A stretch of 64,000 nt of DNA from Bugula neritina (lineage: Eukaryota; Animalia; Bryozoa). Each line of letters starts with the position of its first letter. Position 1 is the stretch's first letter. Position numbers and translations under genes: made by a program. Shown piece after piece: positions 1-14,281 of this stretch. Where the stretch lies: assembly GCA_964035545.1 (NCBI GenBank), contig OZ037765.1, positions 20,398,995-20,462,994 of the forward strand, read 5' to 3'. The notes under the pieces were generated by a model. That model worked only from the letters and a program-made list of their open reading frames with translations, ran no database searches and was not told where the DNA came from.

Positions 1-97
1 CATACTTAACCTGAATTATATTGTGGAAATGACAAACTAGCTTGTAAAGCTATCTACATCTTAATTGCACCTCAATTTGCAATTTTTTTTACAACAG

Positions 98-1680
98 TCG
101 TGGATACGCAGACAAATGATGAATACCTGCAACCTGTGAGTGCTCGAGGGACGCTGAAATCGGCTCCCGCAGTTGATGATGATGGATATTTGCAACCACA
201 AAGCTATTCAGGTTATATTGATGTTTTAGCTGATGATAGAAGTGAGTGCTTTATTACTTACAGCATGTAGCATGTGTTCTTTACAACTAGTTGCTTTGGC
301 TTGCAAATTTAGAATTTTAGTAAATACTTAGTTTAAAAAAAGGCATGTTATCCGTGATGAAAGCAAATTAAAAACTTGAAAGCATGATACCTTTAAACCC
401 GCGTGTCTAGAAACTATTTTTAAAAGTTGGTAGCCGAAGCAATATGTTGTGTTTGATTTATTTATTTTTTATTGAAACTAATGATTTTTAAAATTAAAAT
501 TTTTACATACCTCACTCAGCTATAATCTTTGTGTTGTGGCGAACTTGGCATGCTGTGCGACACTAAAACTAGGGCAGATAACTCTAAGTTGTCTAAGCAT
601 GTTCTTACCACATTTTAGGTTTTTGACACCAACATTCTATCTCAAGTAATTGCTTTTACTTCAAAACACTTTCACTAAAACAAATTTTCACCATATTTGA
701 GCAAAAATTGTTAGATGCCCAGTGACTGAACTGTGCTCTCGATGCATGCTGAATTGCTTCAGCTTTGTTTCTAGTTTCATTAGCGCCTTCATCTATTTAA
801 TTAGTTGTTGTACTTTTTTTCCTACACATAATATTTTTTCATAATTCACAGAATAAGTAAATTTTCTTCACACCTTTATAAGTAATTGAGAATATTTTAC
901 ATTGAATTATACAGAAAAGAATGCCGCTGAGAATACTCTTCATGGTTATGAAAATGTAAGGCATCTTGGCGAGGGTTAAAATTATATGTGTAACTTACAA
1001 TTAATGTTTAATGCTGGGGTGTCCAATTAATTCACAAAAAAGCAACTGTTAAATGTTCATTTACCTGTATGCTCTAAGGCTTTGGTTAGAAGTTATGTAT
1101 GTGTATACAGTACTAATGATATTCTAGTAGTGTTTGCAAATTCAAATCATAGTTTTTTTTGGCAAATTCCTCAGTTATCTTGTTAGCGCTGTATGCAGGT
1201 GCATGGGATGACCTATCTATGTCACTGCTTATACTAGGGGTCAAGGTTAAATGTTCATTCCTTCTGTTGTGTGAGTGCTACTAACAACTAAATGTGTTAA
1301 CATAGCTTATTCAAAAACATTGTCGTTCATGTTTTTATCTATTCCATTGAAATGTATTTATATCAAATGACTCAAAATGTAGCTACCAAACATTTTATTG
1401 AAGATGTTGTGTAATTTTAGCTGAAGTTGCACATATGAAGAAAGCCAATGAGATTAATGAGGAGGGAGACATGAGCCACTCGCCCCTGCTTGTAGCAGAC
1501 AACTCCATATACTTGACAAACAAAGATGGAGTCGATACTCAGCAAAAAACTTCCAATCCTCCAGATGTAGCAAACCCTATTTACATGTCTAACAACAACG
1601 GCTCCCCTCCGCTCCACAAACAATCTATGAACCCACAGTATCAGAACCTCGACTATGTCAATCAGGAGATCAATTGTTGA
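98..1680 (+). CDS. 3' end (last three coding exons 98-241, 915-974, 1421-1680) of a receptor tyrosine kinase, EGFR/ErbB-like C-terminal tail
   Basis: AG/GT-bounded exons join in phase 1 to give ...NDEYLQPV...DDDGYLQPQ...GYENV...DNSIY...NPIY...NPQYQNLDYVNQEINC*. This has DEYLxP motifs, two NPxY (PTB) motifs and several YxN (Grb2-SH2) motifs typical of EGFR-family tails. AATAAA follows at ~1717 and ~2356. The kinase domain lies outside the window, so identity is inferred from the tail only. Confidence 0.6.
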
Positions 1681-4600
1681 GAACCGATATTTTCCATCGA
1701 TAACTTAAAATTGAGTAATAAATCACCTATAAGTTACTCCTATATTTTCAGGCTAATCTGAAATCAGTATTTTGATATCGTATTGCGTATCTATGTTTGT
1801 ACACATACTTTTATTACAAGTTCTATTTGTGATACTCAATCTGCAGTCAGTGGCATGCATATTTCAGATAATTTTGTATTGTTTTGATATACATTTTATA
1901 CTTTTTGCAAGTTTACGCAAAAGCCATGCACTTCTGTTCTACCTACTAAAATGCTCTGGGCACAGGCATTTATTTTTTATTTGAATTTAAATTTCTCAAT
2001 TGTTCTATATAGCACTGTCTATCGAAGTATTGTCTAGTGATTTATATTCTATATTAACCTCACTTACTATAATTGAGATTACAGCAGTTGTGATTCAGTA
2101 AGATAATTTCAAGTCGTATACAAACTAATCATCAATTAGAAACTTTATGTATATAAAACTATAGTAGATTATATTTTCTTGCAAATATTTATGAATATTG
2201 CAATATCAATCATAGCTCATAGTATATCTGCTTGAAGTTGTTATATTTTTATTTATATAATGAAAGTTGTGTATTTTTATGCCAAAGTTTTGTTCAGATT
2301 TTATTATGACTGTAGTATTGTCATTTTATTTTTCCTTTTCCTTTTCTAATATGTAAATAAACACTCATCTTACTACACTATACATTTAGTGATCTTATCA
2401 AGCCTGCTACATTCAAAATTCTTCTAAACTTATCTATGCATTTGGCATGTAGAGCTAATGGTTCTGTTGGTAGTCAACTGTGCTCACATGTACTTATACG
2501 TGCTTATATTGCTGAGTCTGTTTTTTCTCAACTTTCGACTTGGTTCTACAAAGTCAACACATAAGATTAAAACAATGGCTTCAAAATCATACCAACTTGA
2601 CATAAATGACTAATGAGCACAAGATACTTTCCTAGTTTACGCTTTTTTGATAGGAGTGCTGCCCATGTAACTAGTCAGTTGAATATATTGTAGGGTTGTA
2701 TGACTCTTCATTCTATATGCTCTGTGCAGTTTCAATAATAGGAACACTCCTGGCATGCAGGGAATATTCACATTTGTAGTTAACTAACTTAAATCTGTAG
2801 TAACCTTCTCAGTCGCAGCTCCATGTGTACAAAAATAACAATAGTTTATGAAATTGTGTCTTTAGTAAGCAAGAGCTCAAATGTAAAGGGAGCAGTTTTT
2901 ATTTAGCCTCTTCTTGTATGCACATATATTAGCTATTGAAAAACAAAGTTTCAGGATCTTGATGAATTATAATAATAACTCCAATTGTCATAATTAATTT
3001 AGCAATCTATTTGGGGTGTAATATTGGCATGTGGTACCAGGACAGTGACCTTTGTGTTGCAACTGATTAGCTAGTCATTGTCTGTGAGTATGCTGAGGCT
3101 AACAGAGGTGGCAGTAAAACAGATTTACAATCATTTTCCTAAAACTATAATCAGTTCTGAGTTGTTGCTAGGTGCTAAAATCCATCACTTTGATAAGATT
3201 CTGTGATGCAACATTGGGGCATAATTTGAGACAATTATGCAAGTTGTGGTGGACTTCATGAGCCACAATCTTCTTGCCACATATGTACGATTGACAGCAA
3301 TGTTTCAAAATGCTAATAAAAATAAAATTATTATTATTCATCAAGTTATTTATAATCAAATGTTAAAAACATCCAGTTTTCTTCTAGTCAAGTTGCCAGT
3401 ATTAATATGACTAGAATTACTATACAACTACTATCAGCCAATACAAAGCAGCTTTCAGATCAATGTTCTACGTACAATATTTGTGTAAGACAGATAACAC
3501 TGACCTGTTTAGCTGTCCTACTGATACATGCCAAACAGGTAGTACGCAATCTAAAACACTACATAGTGTGTTTAGACTTTAGCCAAACTAGCTGTCAACG
3601 ATCAAAAATGGTACTTTCTGCCAAATGAAGAAGAAGGTACTGCATGCTACAGTTAGCTGTAGACCTAAGCATGCAAGACTTATTTTGATACCATTTTGAT
3701 GACTATTGTGCTAAAAAAGGCAAAACTTGGCTCATCAAAAACTGAAACTAAAATGTGTCTATGTGGCTGCTTTCTTGCTTTATATTAACCAAAATTGCTT
3801 TGCACACATGAGTGGAAGTTCTCATACAATAGATTATAGAACTAAAGCATGTTAAGTAAGAAATCTGTTTTTTTTTTTCTAGAAAATAACATACGCTTGG
3901 CACCTAAAGCCTAACATGCATGAGTACTGAAAGTGCTGCATTAACTCACAGGTTCTTGTAATGTAGCTCTAGCTTTAAGCTTTTGACTACACAGAACATG
4001 TGCACTACGCTGTCTAGTTGAAAGTCTCTCATGTACATAAAAGACGGGTTCAGACACAGGCTAGGAGTTTTTCAAGGTGGTTCAAGGTGGTCATTAGAGA
4101 AAACTTTTGTTACAGAATATTACAATAACAATCCATGACTGATGCCTTCAAACTAACACTGCAGTTTGGTCTGAAGAAAATTACTAAGCTAGATTAATTA
4201 GCATGAAGCTTTCATTTGAGTAAAAGTTATTTTAAGTTTTCATTTTAATTACTGCCAATAATACCTGCAATGATGAGTTTGTCAGTGTACGATAAGAATG
4301 TTTTATACGATGAATATTTTTTCAATTCTTCATGCAATTCATGCAACAGCTTTAATCAAGTTTATTTTACGTTTTAAAGCTTTATCAGATTATTGGTCTT
4401 GTGGTTCAATTTAATGCATCTAATTGGGCTAAAAGTCTTATAATAAAAATTTTGACATTAGGCGTAATAATACTTTTTATCAAAATTTGACAAAATCCAG
4501 GAAGACTGAATATTATTAGAGCAACCAGAAAGTATATTGAATACAGGCTAAATAATTTTATATCTGCTTTTCCGCCTTCATTGACCCTCTTGCATGGCCT

Positions 4601-4839
4601 TGTTTTCACCATTCAATGTTTATGTATTGGGTGCTTATATGCATGCGTGTAAAGCTTATTATATTTTCTTATAAAATACCCACATTTGTTTTTAAAGTAT
4701 CCACCCCTGTCTTAACTTAAAAAACATTTTCCGGCCGGGTACATTATAACCAAATGCCTTTCCTGACATCATAGAGAGCAAAATCCAAATTCATAATCTT
4801 AGGCTTACCAAACCAGCACTCCTAACTCTAAAGTCTAGA

Positions 4840-6190
4840 TTAGTGTTTTCCTCAAACTGGGGAAAATTTGGGTTTTCAATGTAAGCGTTCTTTCTAAAAA
4901 GCTCAAAGCTCTTTGAACTCTCCTACTGTTTTCTCAAGATACACATGTGTATCTATAAAGTCTTCATCTTAACTAATTTATTTTAAATCTAGACTAAATT
5001 TTACAATCCAAGTCTACTTCTGCATGCATGTGTCCATTAATATTGATATTTGAGAGAAAGTAATTGCTAAAGTCAAACAGTCCATTTTTCTCTAGAAAAC
5101 TTGATGAGTCCACTTTTATATCTATAGCAAGAATGTGAATGATGATTCCAGAAAAAAGAACTTAATGTTTTGTCAACTCTTACTTCCACTATTTAAGCTG
5201 CAGATGTGATGAAGCTTGTTGGCAATATTTATAGATACAACTGGGCTTACTTGATAATACCATATTAAAGTGTATGTACAGATGGAGCCTCGGCCATGTT
5301 GGGATCAATATATACTGGAGTGTTGTACGGCTGGCAAAGAAGAAAAGTCATAATATATAAGGTGTGCACGGCTTCATTCGCTGTGAAGCATTCGTTTCCA
5401 GAACACTGTACTACAAGCAATAGAATCTAACTTGGCAATGAACATCAAGATTGTGAATTACATCAAGGCTTTAGCACTAACTACTTACCAGCTATTTTCA
5501 GCACTGTGTCAATAGGGCAATGCTACATTCACTACTTTGCTATTTGTGAGGTAGTCATCCAAAGGTAACATGGTAGCCCGACTCTTTCGAATGAAATTCA
5601 AGAAGTTTCATGAATGCAAAAAACCAACAGGAACCTTTATTACGGCTAAAAGCAGATCTCTATGAGCTGTACACTGCATGCAATGTATTTGCTACACTAA
5701 GTAACTTGAACTAAATTACAAGGGTGCAATCATTGCATCATTGCTTTTCATAGCAGTATCAATGCTTTCAAAGCTAGACTGAAGTTGTGGGGGACACTTG
5801 CTCATATAGAAAATGCAATGTTTGTCTCCACACCCAATAAATTATTAAGAAAGGAATGTGCCCTAAATTTTCTCTAAAAAACACATTTGGAAATTTTTCT
5901 GAACTCATGACAGAGTTTGAACGGTATTTCCATGAGCTACCTAGAAGATTCCTAATTGGACACGTGACCCATTTAAACGCTCTGTTGAAGAGACTATAGG
6001 TAAATTACAGAAGGATTTCGTTAAACTGGCTACCAATTCTACAAATTGAAGAATAGTTTCAAATCTTTACCAGTTGACGAATTTAAGTTATAACAAGCAA
6101 CAAGCAAATTTGAGATATATGTCCTAGTGAAAGCATCAGCTGAAGCCATCACGTTAAAAATTGAACTGCTCTGTGTTTTATACATGCATG
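4840..6190 (+). mobile_element. Degenerate hAT (Buster/Charlie/ZBED5-SCAND3-like) transposase remnant
   Basis: Interrupted translation shows LDEST (~5100), CTDGASAMLG (5275-5304), VHGFIRCEAF (HCxxHxxxL-like, ~5364) and IKIVNYIK (~5444); many stops and frameshifts. A TIR-like TAGTGTTTTCCTCAAACTGGGG lies at ~4840. Confidence 0.75.
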
Positions 6191-6727
6191 ATATCGTTGT
6201 AATCATATTATAATCAAATATAAAATTGTATCTTATATTATACCAGTCTTTTTAAAGGAGATATAAATTTTACTTTTCAAAAGGGGAAAATTAATAGTGA
6301 ACACTTATGAGTCGGGAACGTATGAAAACGGTCAGCTGGCAGCCATTGCTGATGACTGGAAAATGGCTGCTCCTAAATGTTTTCTTATTTATCTTATTTA
6401 TCATTAGTTTTAACTTCATTGTTAGCTTTATTGTAAAAAGCAGTTATTAATGTTTTTTGTTACTCATTATTAGTTTCAATGTGATAAAACTAGATTTAAT
6501 TCTAGCTGCCACATAGAAATATATTTATAAACGCATTAGACATAAACTTGTGTTTTGTCAAACTGATAGTTAAGTTAATATAAATTTGCATAAAATAAAA
6601 AACTGTACACTATCAAAAACTGACATCTAAATATCAGCAGCATGTAACGGAAGTTTTCGAGTTTAACTTTAAAACTATAAAAGCTGAATTACTCTAGTAA
6701 TGAGCTTACATGCTTGCAACTGGGTCA

Positions 6728-6929
6728 CTCACGCAAGTTTATAGTCGCTATCCCTGTGAGAAACCCCTGATGGTAAGGGTTTTTGCTAGAACGGGCTAAG
6801 GACTTGTTTAAATGAGGCACAGGAGCAATTATGACTGGATGCTCTTCCTAACATCACCAATGGCCTTTGTCGGGGTTTGAACCCACAACTTCGTGTTCAC
6901 AAAGCAAACGCTTTAACCCCTAGACCACG
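6728..6929 (-). mobile_element. tRNA-derived SINE (family A), full length, with 16-bp target-site duplication
   Basis: Minus strand begins with a tRNA-like head (A box TGGTCTAGGGG, B box GGTTCAAACCC), then core GGTGATGTTAGGAAGAGCATCCAG. Flanked by direct repeat GCTTGCAACTGGGTCA at 6712-6727 and 6930-6945. Homologous copies elsewhere in the window. Confidence 0.85.
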
Positions 6930-7015
6930 GCTTGCAACTGGGTCAACTAGTTATATATTTTTGCCTTATATAATAACTTCTATGGTGAAAGGAATAAATG
7001 AAATGACGCATTAAG

Positions 7016-7241
<226 letters not shown>

Positions 7242-8617
7242 GTCAAGCAGCTGTAGATACACATGCAGGTATTAAGACTTGAGTGTAGACCATTTATTAG
7301 TCATGCAGGTAACAGAAAACAAACTATACCATACCACAACCAGCACATACCATTTACAGGTAAAAATATTATTCTAAAAGAGCTACAGCTATCTCTCACA
7401 TTGCCATAGCAAGCACCAGATAGATCTTCTCATGATGTTTAAAATAATTATTTGTCTAACATAACTGACACTAACCGAAACATATTCATTTAAATTGAAT
7501 TACTTTAGGATTTGAATATAACTATGGCACCAGTGCCAAGCTAGGACAAAAAATAGTCTCGTCATAATTAGTTCTAATTATATAATAATTTACTCATCAG
7601 TTGGTGACATTACCTATCTAATAATACTTAGAGCACCACTAATATACATTTCTGTTGTTATTATTGCTAATTGATGAGCAATAATGTGTGTGTTGTTTTT
7701 TACATTGAACTCTTCTAGAGCCAGTATACTTGCAGCATAAATATACAAACTGAATCACTCAAACAAGCAAATAATAGTTCAATTCATTATTTACTCAAAT
7801 CTCTCGAATAATAAAAATACAAAGATAATATAACCGTCTTTTCAGTAAATCACTTTGTTAAACAGTGAGCGTTGTACTAGCTATTCTTTAACATCTTTTG
7901 CTATCAAATAAAAGAGTATAACAAGAGAATGTATCACCATGAGTGAACAAACAACATACATTATAATCTAAGGAATAAAAAGTTCATAGTTTTGATTGAG
8001 GAAGTTATTCATTAGCAAAAGCAAATTATTGTATTTCAAACAATTGTCATTCATAAATTAGAACTGATGTGTCAAAACTTTTCATTGACATATATAATAA
8101 ACTTGTGCTTTTTATATATTATGAAGGTATTTGCCTTATATTTTAGCTTTATATATATACTGTGTTGCAATAGTCTAGCCTACTTTACACCCTCATAATT
8201 TGTTCAACTTATATTTATTTTAATTCGTATTTTGGTAAAAATAATAGCTCACAATTTATAACTGTAGCTTTGACAAAAGTTGAAAGTATAGATTTGGATA
8301 AAGTTAAGCACATGTAGGTTTTAACTCTTGAAAATTATACGAACACTAATTGACAGAGCCTGAGAATGGGCACCCCTGAGAATTGGGTAGTTAATGTGAA
8401 ATATACAGGAAAACTTATGCTATGACTGCATAATTTTTAACCAGTATATATGGATATATACAACATACCAAACATATACATATATACTATATACATCTTG
8501 CATTAAGTAGGTATACAGCCTCTTTATTTCCTAATGTTATGTGTCTAAGCCAATACAGTTTCATATACCATGATATGTTCTATAGAATTTTGTTAACTCA
8601 TTTGATATTGCGAGAAT

Positions 8618-8760
8618 GTGGTGTAGTTATTATTGTAATGGTTAGCACACTAGCTTGTAAGTTGGAGATCTGTAGTTCGATTCCCAAATGGGGAAGGAAT
8701 TTTTTACAAATAATGTTTCATCTTACTTTGGTACTCTTGTGGCCATTGGGAACTTGAATA
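8618..8760 (+). mobile_element. tRNA-derived SINE (family B), degenerate
   Basis: TGTAATGGTTAGCACACTAGCTTGTAAG...GTAGTTCGATTCCC head; related pieces at ~30517-30575 (+) and 40610-40670 (-). Confidence 0.55.
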
Positions 8761-9149
8761 AAATCAACTAATAGCATGAAATAACGTGTGCACACCAAAT
8801 AAATGAAAGCTGGTTTAAAATGTTGGTTTCAAGTATATTGCTATAAGCTATTTTATCATTTCTAAGGTTAAAAGAGAGCATAACTCTAAAATTGATTGAT
8901 TGCATTCTGGCGCACTTTCGAAATCAGGCTTGTTAATATTTTTTTGGTTTCTGGTATAATAAAGTTATTGTTTCAATGAAGATATCAAGTTTAATTATAC
9001 ACTTGTATTATCTGTTATTTAATAGCATACGCCATACATGGATACTTTAGCTACATTATCAACAATACTGTGTCGTCTACTTACTAAAACTCTTGGACTA
9101 TGTTATTGAGAATTTAAATTTACAAAAGAGTGTATATGAATAATAAAAC

Positions 9150-9362
9150 TCATGCAAGTTTATAGTCACTATACCTGTAAGAAACCCCTGATGAAAGGAG
9201 TTTTTTCAAATAGACTAAGGACTTATTCATATGTGGCACAGGAAAAAGTATGACTGGATGCTCTCCCTAGCTACAGCATCACCAATGGCCTTTATTGGAG
9301 CTCGAACCCATGACTTTGTGTTTACTATGCCAATGCTCTAACCCCTAGATCACAGTTGCTCT
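9150..9362 (-). mobile_element. SINE family A copy
   Basis: Colinear with 6728-6929 (CAAGTTTATAGTC...AAACCCCTGATG...CTAAGGACTT...ATGACTGGATGCTC...CATCACCAATGGCCTTT...CGAACCCATGAC...AACCCCTAGA). Confidence 0.8.
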
Positions 9363-12300
9363 CTATAAAGGAATGTACCAGTATTACATGCTAGTAAACA
9401 TAAAAACATTATATCAGATGTCCTTTGTTCATTGTCTCCATCTTTTCAAATTATGCATGAACTTAATATTGCTATGAAATTATCAATTTTATAATATTTA
9501 ATCCAAAGCATGAATTTGTGTCTTGATTCAATAAAAACATAAGCAACAATTGTTTTAGTCAACATCTAACTTGTAAGAGTCGAAAACTATAAAAATAGCT
9601 TTTAAAATTGTATAAACTGATAAATATAAAAAAATTATCAATCATATTTGATTCGCACAGTACATTTAACACAAAATATAATATATAATAATAAAATACT
9701 TGCAAGTAGCAACCTTACCGTAAAATATATGCTTATTTAGAGTTATACTCTTTTAATGTATTTTATGCCATTGTGTCACAACTTCTCAATACAAACTGTT
9801 TTTAACATAGCATGCAGCAATCCAAGGGGTAACAACTCTTAACATTCACTCAAGCCTTTAGATAACTAAACATGCCAGACCAGATATTACTGTGTAATCT
9901 TACAGTATTAAAATTTTCAATAACTGATTTAGGCTTTTGAGTTCTATAAATACAAAAAGCAGCTTTAATTCATTTTTGCAAGGAAGTTGAACTTATTCTA
10001 AGCTTTTGGGCATTTTTGCTGTTGAACATGATAACTTTTGATTTCATCTATTTGCAAATGTCTGTAACTAACTGAACGAAGCCATCACTATTGAAATGTA
10101 GCCAAAGTATAATAGTGAAGATGTCTACGAATACATCTATAAATAGATTGAAGGGTCTGCTGATTTTCTACAAAATTGTAATCATGTAAAAATGCAATGT
10201 CCAATAACTAAAATTAAAAAAGTTTTTTGTCGCCAAAGTTCTTGTAAGTTTACCTTAAATATTTCCACAGTTTTTTTAAATATTATTGAATAATATATAT
10301 TGCATTTTCAATGATATTTGGATATAAGCCAATTGATTTGGTCCCCATAACGTATTTAGATAAATCGACAGTAGCATCAAATTTAAGAAACTTCAATTTC
10401 TTCAACCAACAAGTTTTTAGATTATGAGAAAACCCCATGAACTGTTGAAAATTTAGAAATTGCAATAGTTGTTTTACATAACTTTAATAATAATCAATCA
10501 AGTTTAGCAATAAATTAAAGTTTGCAAAGTAATGCAGTTTGTTAACAGAGCTGTAAAAGTATCTCAGTTGCTAGAGGTTTCATATTGCTAAATAAACAAC
10601 ATGCAGCATTGAAGGTTTATTTTAGTTTTTATTTCTGTTATTAATATACTGGCTTCATGGTATGTATGAGTGTATTTTTTTAATTGATCACGGAAAATTG
10701 TAAGTATCAGTAAGCTTCATACATGCGAAATATGCCTTAATTGATGCGAATTCTTTTTTAATCAAGTTATCAATGCAGATATGACTATAATATAGTTTGA
10801 AAATTTGCTCAGCATCTTTCACTATGTCCTGAATAATTATGATAAAAACTTACTGCAATACTAAGCTGCACGAATGTCTATATTCATTGCAATATTGTGA
10901 TGGTTCTGTACAGAATAATTAGCTGTAAACGTTATTTTACAATATGCATTGTTTCAATGTGATTGATCAAATTATATTTTTAAGAAAAAAGGCTATGAAA
11001 CATAATGTCACATAATGTCACACAGTAACAAAAACATTTATCTTACATAGGGTATTATTTTAAAAACATCTTAGACATGACTTCTCCTTTTTTGGACATT
11101 GACAAATACTCCTACAGGCTTTATCTCATCTCTATATACTAGACTGCCAAGTTCCACACATGTGGATATTTCCACTTCCGTGACTAGAATATTACAATCA
11201 AGATTTCTTTGCGTTGATAGTATAGAAAATAAATGTCAAGTGGTATAGCATTACGTATTTTAAATTGATATAAGAAGCTCATTCAGTCCAAATTTATAGT
11301 ACTCATACTGCACCACTATAGATAATAAGGCATTTTTTTGACACCAATAATACATTACATCTTCTATGATGTAATGCAAAAACTGATTCGACTCTTTACG
11401 GCATATTCTCCATAAAGTCTGAAAAATCTCACTTGCGCAACACTCTGATGGACGTTGACCAGATGAGTCACCGAGCCAGGTGGATGCTGTAGTGAATGTA
11501 GTCAATTGGATCTCTTTCAACAATTTCATTTTTCTACGGTTTTCCTAGTGTCAAGACTGAAATTAAGATGAGAAAAAAATTCTTGAGCTATTTTGTAAAA
11601 AGTAAAATGTTGAAGAAACATCAAAACAGTCACATGCATTCCTGACTCAGCTGGCTTCTTGCCACAATTATTATATCTTTTTATTATGGTTAAGCTTATA
11701 ATCAAATGAGAGCTATCTAACCCTGCCCTAAGCATAGAAATATGCATAAAAATATCTCAAAAATTGATTGAATAAAAGTAAGGCAAAACTCTGTAGCTAG
11801 AGACAAAGCAGAGAAAACACACAAAAGAAAGCACGTCACCAACCATTGTACACAGTTTTTCATTACAAGTATGGTTACCTCTATGATAATATCCTATGCT
11901 TCTACATCCTCCAAAACGATGACATAAACTTGTTTAGCATCACACTATTGAGAATGTGGTGCATGGTGGTGGATGGGCAACGACGCAATGGATGTAAAGA
12001 AAGGTGTTTGTAGTAGAACTTTTTTAGAGTTGAGTCCTCCTGCTCGGTATTTCTCTCCTAAAATAAAAAAATATCCTTAGCAAATTGATAATAATTGATG
12101 TGCGCAAGTGACTAATTTAAAAACACAAAGTCATGCAGGTGACTAATTCAAATTGCTATCTTGCCATCTTCAATATTCTCACCAACACTGAGAGCAAGCT
12201 TTTTTTGTAGAAGTTTATAAAATTGAACAATTGTTTACATGTGGGTGTAATCTATTTAATAAATAAAACTAAAAAATTAATGCTTACTTTTCTAGATGAC

Positions 12301-12479
12301 TTTTCTGGCCATTTTTATTTTTCCAGCTATTGCTTTTAGTGAAGTTTCATTCCATACGCGTAAGCATGAGTGAATTGGCCTTTTCTGTTTGGATAAAGAC
12401 AAGTATCACATAAAAAACTATAACTCCAGTTCCAATTAGTCTTCATCTATCTGGTAAAAGAGAATTTGCACACCAATTG

Positions 12480-13154
12480 TTTTGTGGAAAGTGAATGAAA
12501 TAACACCCTGCAAGAAATCTTTTGACATTGCTACAGAGCTATCCAGAGGATTACAAAAACGACCGCAGGGCTCTTTTTTTGCAAAAAAGGAACATATCAT
12601 TTATAATTTGAATAAATTTTTGACCCAGGACTTCATGGTTTAAAGAGTTATGGCTTAGTTGGCGGTTAAAAAGAACCAGTCAGTAATCACCACAGAAGTA
12701 TTGTAAACCATTTCTCATTGAGTAATTTTTTATAAGTACTTCTTATAATAGTACAAGCATTTGTATAAACAGTTTGCAGTGTATAAGCAGTTTACTCTGC
12801 CATCAGTACATTGAGATTTGCTTTCCCATAAGCAAAAAGTGAAAACTATTCTCCAGAAGCCTGTAGGCTTCGTAAGCCTTTTGTTACAGCTCACTTGCAC
12901 TCCACCATAATTTTTCACAATGTGTTAAAGTAGGTCAATACATTATACTTTTATTCTGTGATTAATTCCCAAGTTAATAATTTATGTGGAAGCATATAGT
13001 GTAAGTTTCCCACTGTCTTAAGATTGATTTTATAGTCATCATAGTATTCAGTGTGATTTTACCCCCATTTTCCTTAGCCTATAGTAACTTCAACTCTGCA
13101 TTTAAACCTAACAACACGTATGAAATGAAAGAACTGGCGACTGCGAACATCCAT
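12480..13154 (-). pseudogene. Putative decayed accessory ORF of the Polinton, divergently oriented
   Basis: ATG at 13154 opens MDVRSRQFFHFIRVVRFKCRVEVTIG*GKWG*NHTEYYDDYKINLKTVGNLHYMLPHKLLTWELITE*..., continuing via frameshift into ORF 12730-12918. No recognisable family. Confidence 0.3.
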
Positions 13155-13505
13155 TTTAAAAACTAAACAACGCATTTCTCAACTATACCAGTAACTATAT
13201 TATATTGAGTAGATACTGGGGGTTTTCAGATATTAAGTAGGTAACATAACGCAGGGTGTGTATACAATTGTAATATTATATATGTGTATAACGCTTTTAA
13301 ACAGTAAATAGAAATGCAAAATAATGCGGTCTAACAAGCAAACAAAAAAGAAACAAACCGTTGCTAAAGCAATTAAAAGAGCTTTACGAATTGATTTAAT
13401 CCAAAAAGATTAGTGAACTGACAAAACGCTTTGCGCCGCAAAGAGATTATAAATTATTAAGTTGCTGAACATCTGCTACACTCATTTGATAAAATAGTCA
13501 GTGAA

Positions 13506-14240
13506 ATGTCCACATACTCATCACCTAACCTAGTCTCTTTATCTATATCAAATCAAACATCCCCGTATTATAGCTCTTTGGTAAGTAATACTAATATAAT
13601 ATTTGTAGACGTGTCTTCCGTATTGTTATTTTTTCTTTCAAACAAAATTTATTTCACCCTAAAATATGCTTAAAAATGTGTGTTTTTTTGTAGATTTCTA
13701 ATTTGCAGACTATTGTCTCACTGTATGAGCTGAAAAATGAGGTGTATTGGCTCACTTCTAAAAGAATAGCTTGTATCAATGAAGCTGAGTACGCCCTGTG
13801 TTCAGTTGAAGACCAGGAATATTTCAAAGGAAAAGTTCTATTTCCATACGCAATTATAGATGAAGTTGGTATGGCAAGCCACTTCATCATTACGGATCCC
13901 AGAAGAGGTAAATTAGCTAGGTTTATTTTTATCTCCTCTCAGCAAACTGAGAATGATCCACTGACTACGAAAAACATCAGCGGGATCGAGAAGCTGCTCT
14001 TAAAGTATATAGCCGCATTAGATAAACATTTATTTTTTTCAAAATCATTTATGTTCGTAAGTTATTATGTATGTAATCTTGCTCATACTAATCATGTTTT
14101 GAGATGTAGAGCTTGCATTACGAACCCACACCCTTGTGATGAGTTCTGTAGCAATTGCCCTCACCATTATTTTTTGTCATCTGTACCTTGGTGTAAAATT
14201 ATACATTCAGGGTTTTTAAATTGATTAAATACAGATGCAA
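13506..14240 (+). pseudogene. Two-exon Polinton accessory gene (exons 13506-13580, 13694-~14224): small beta-rich domain plus C-terminal Cys/His motif
   Basis: GTAAGT donor at 13581 and TTTTTTTGTAG acceptor at 13693 join in phase 0 to ORF 13703-14224. The C-terminal HVLRC...PHPCDEFCSNCPHHY is paralogous to 20281-20390. Confidence 0.6.
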
Positions 14241-14281
14241 ATATTATTTTGAATGCCTAATATTTATCTATTTATACAAAA

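Noticed and set aside
8618-8690. tRNA genes (also 6870-6930, 40610-40670, 40895-40955)
   Set aside because: A/B boxes are present but stems are broken and each continues into a shared non-tRNA body, so these are SINE heads
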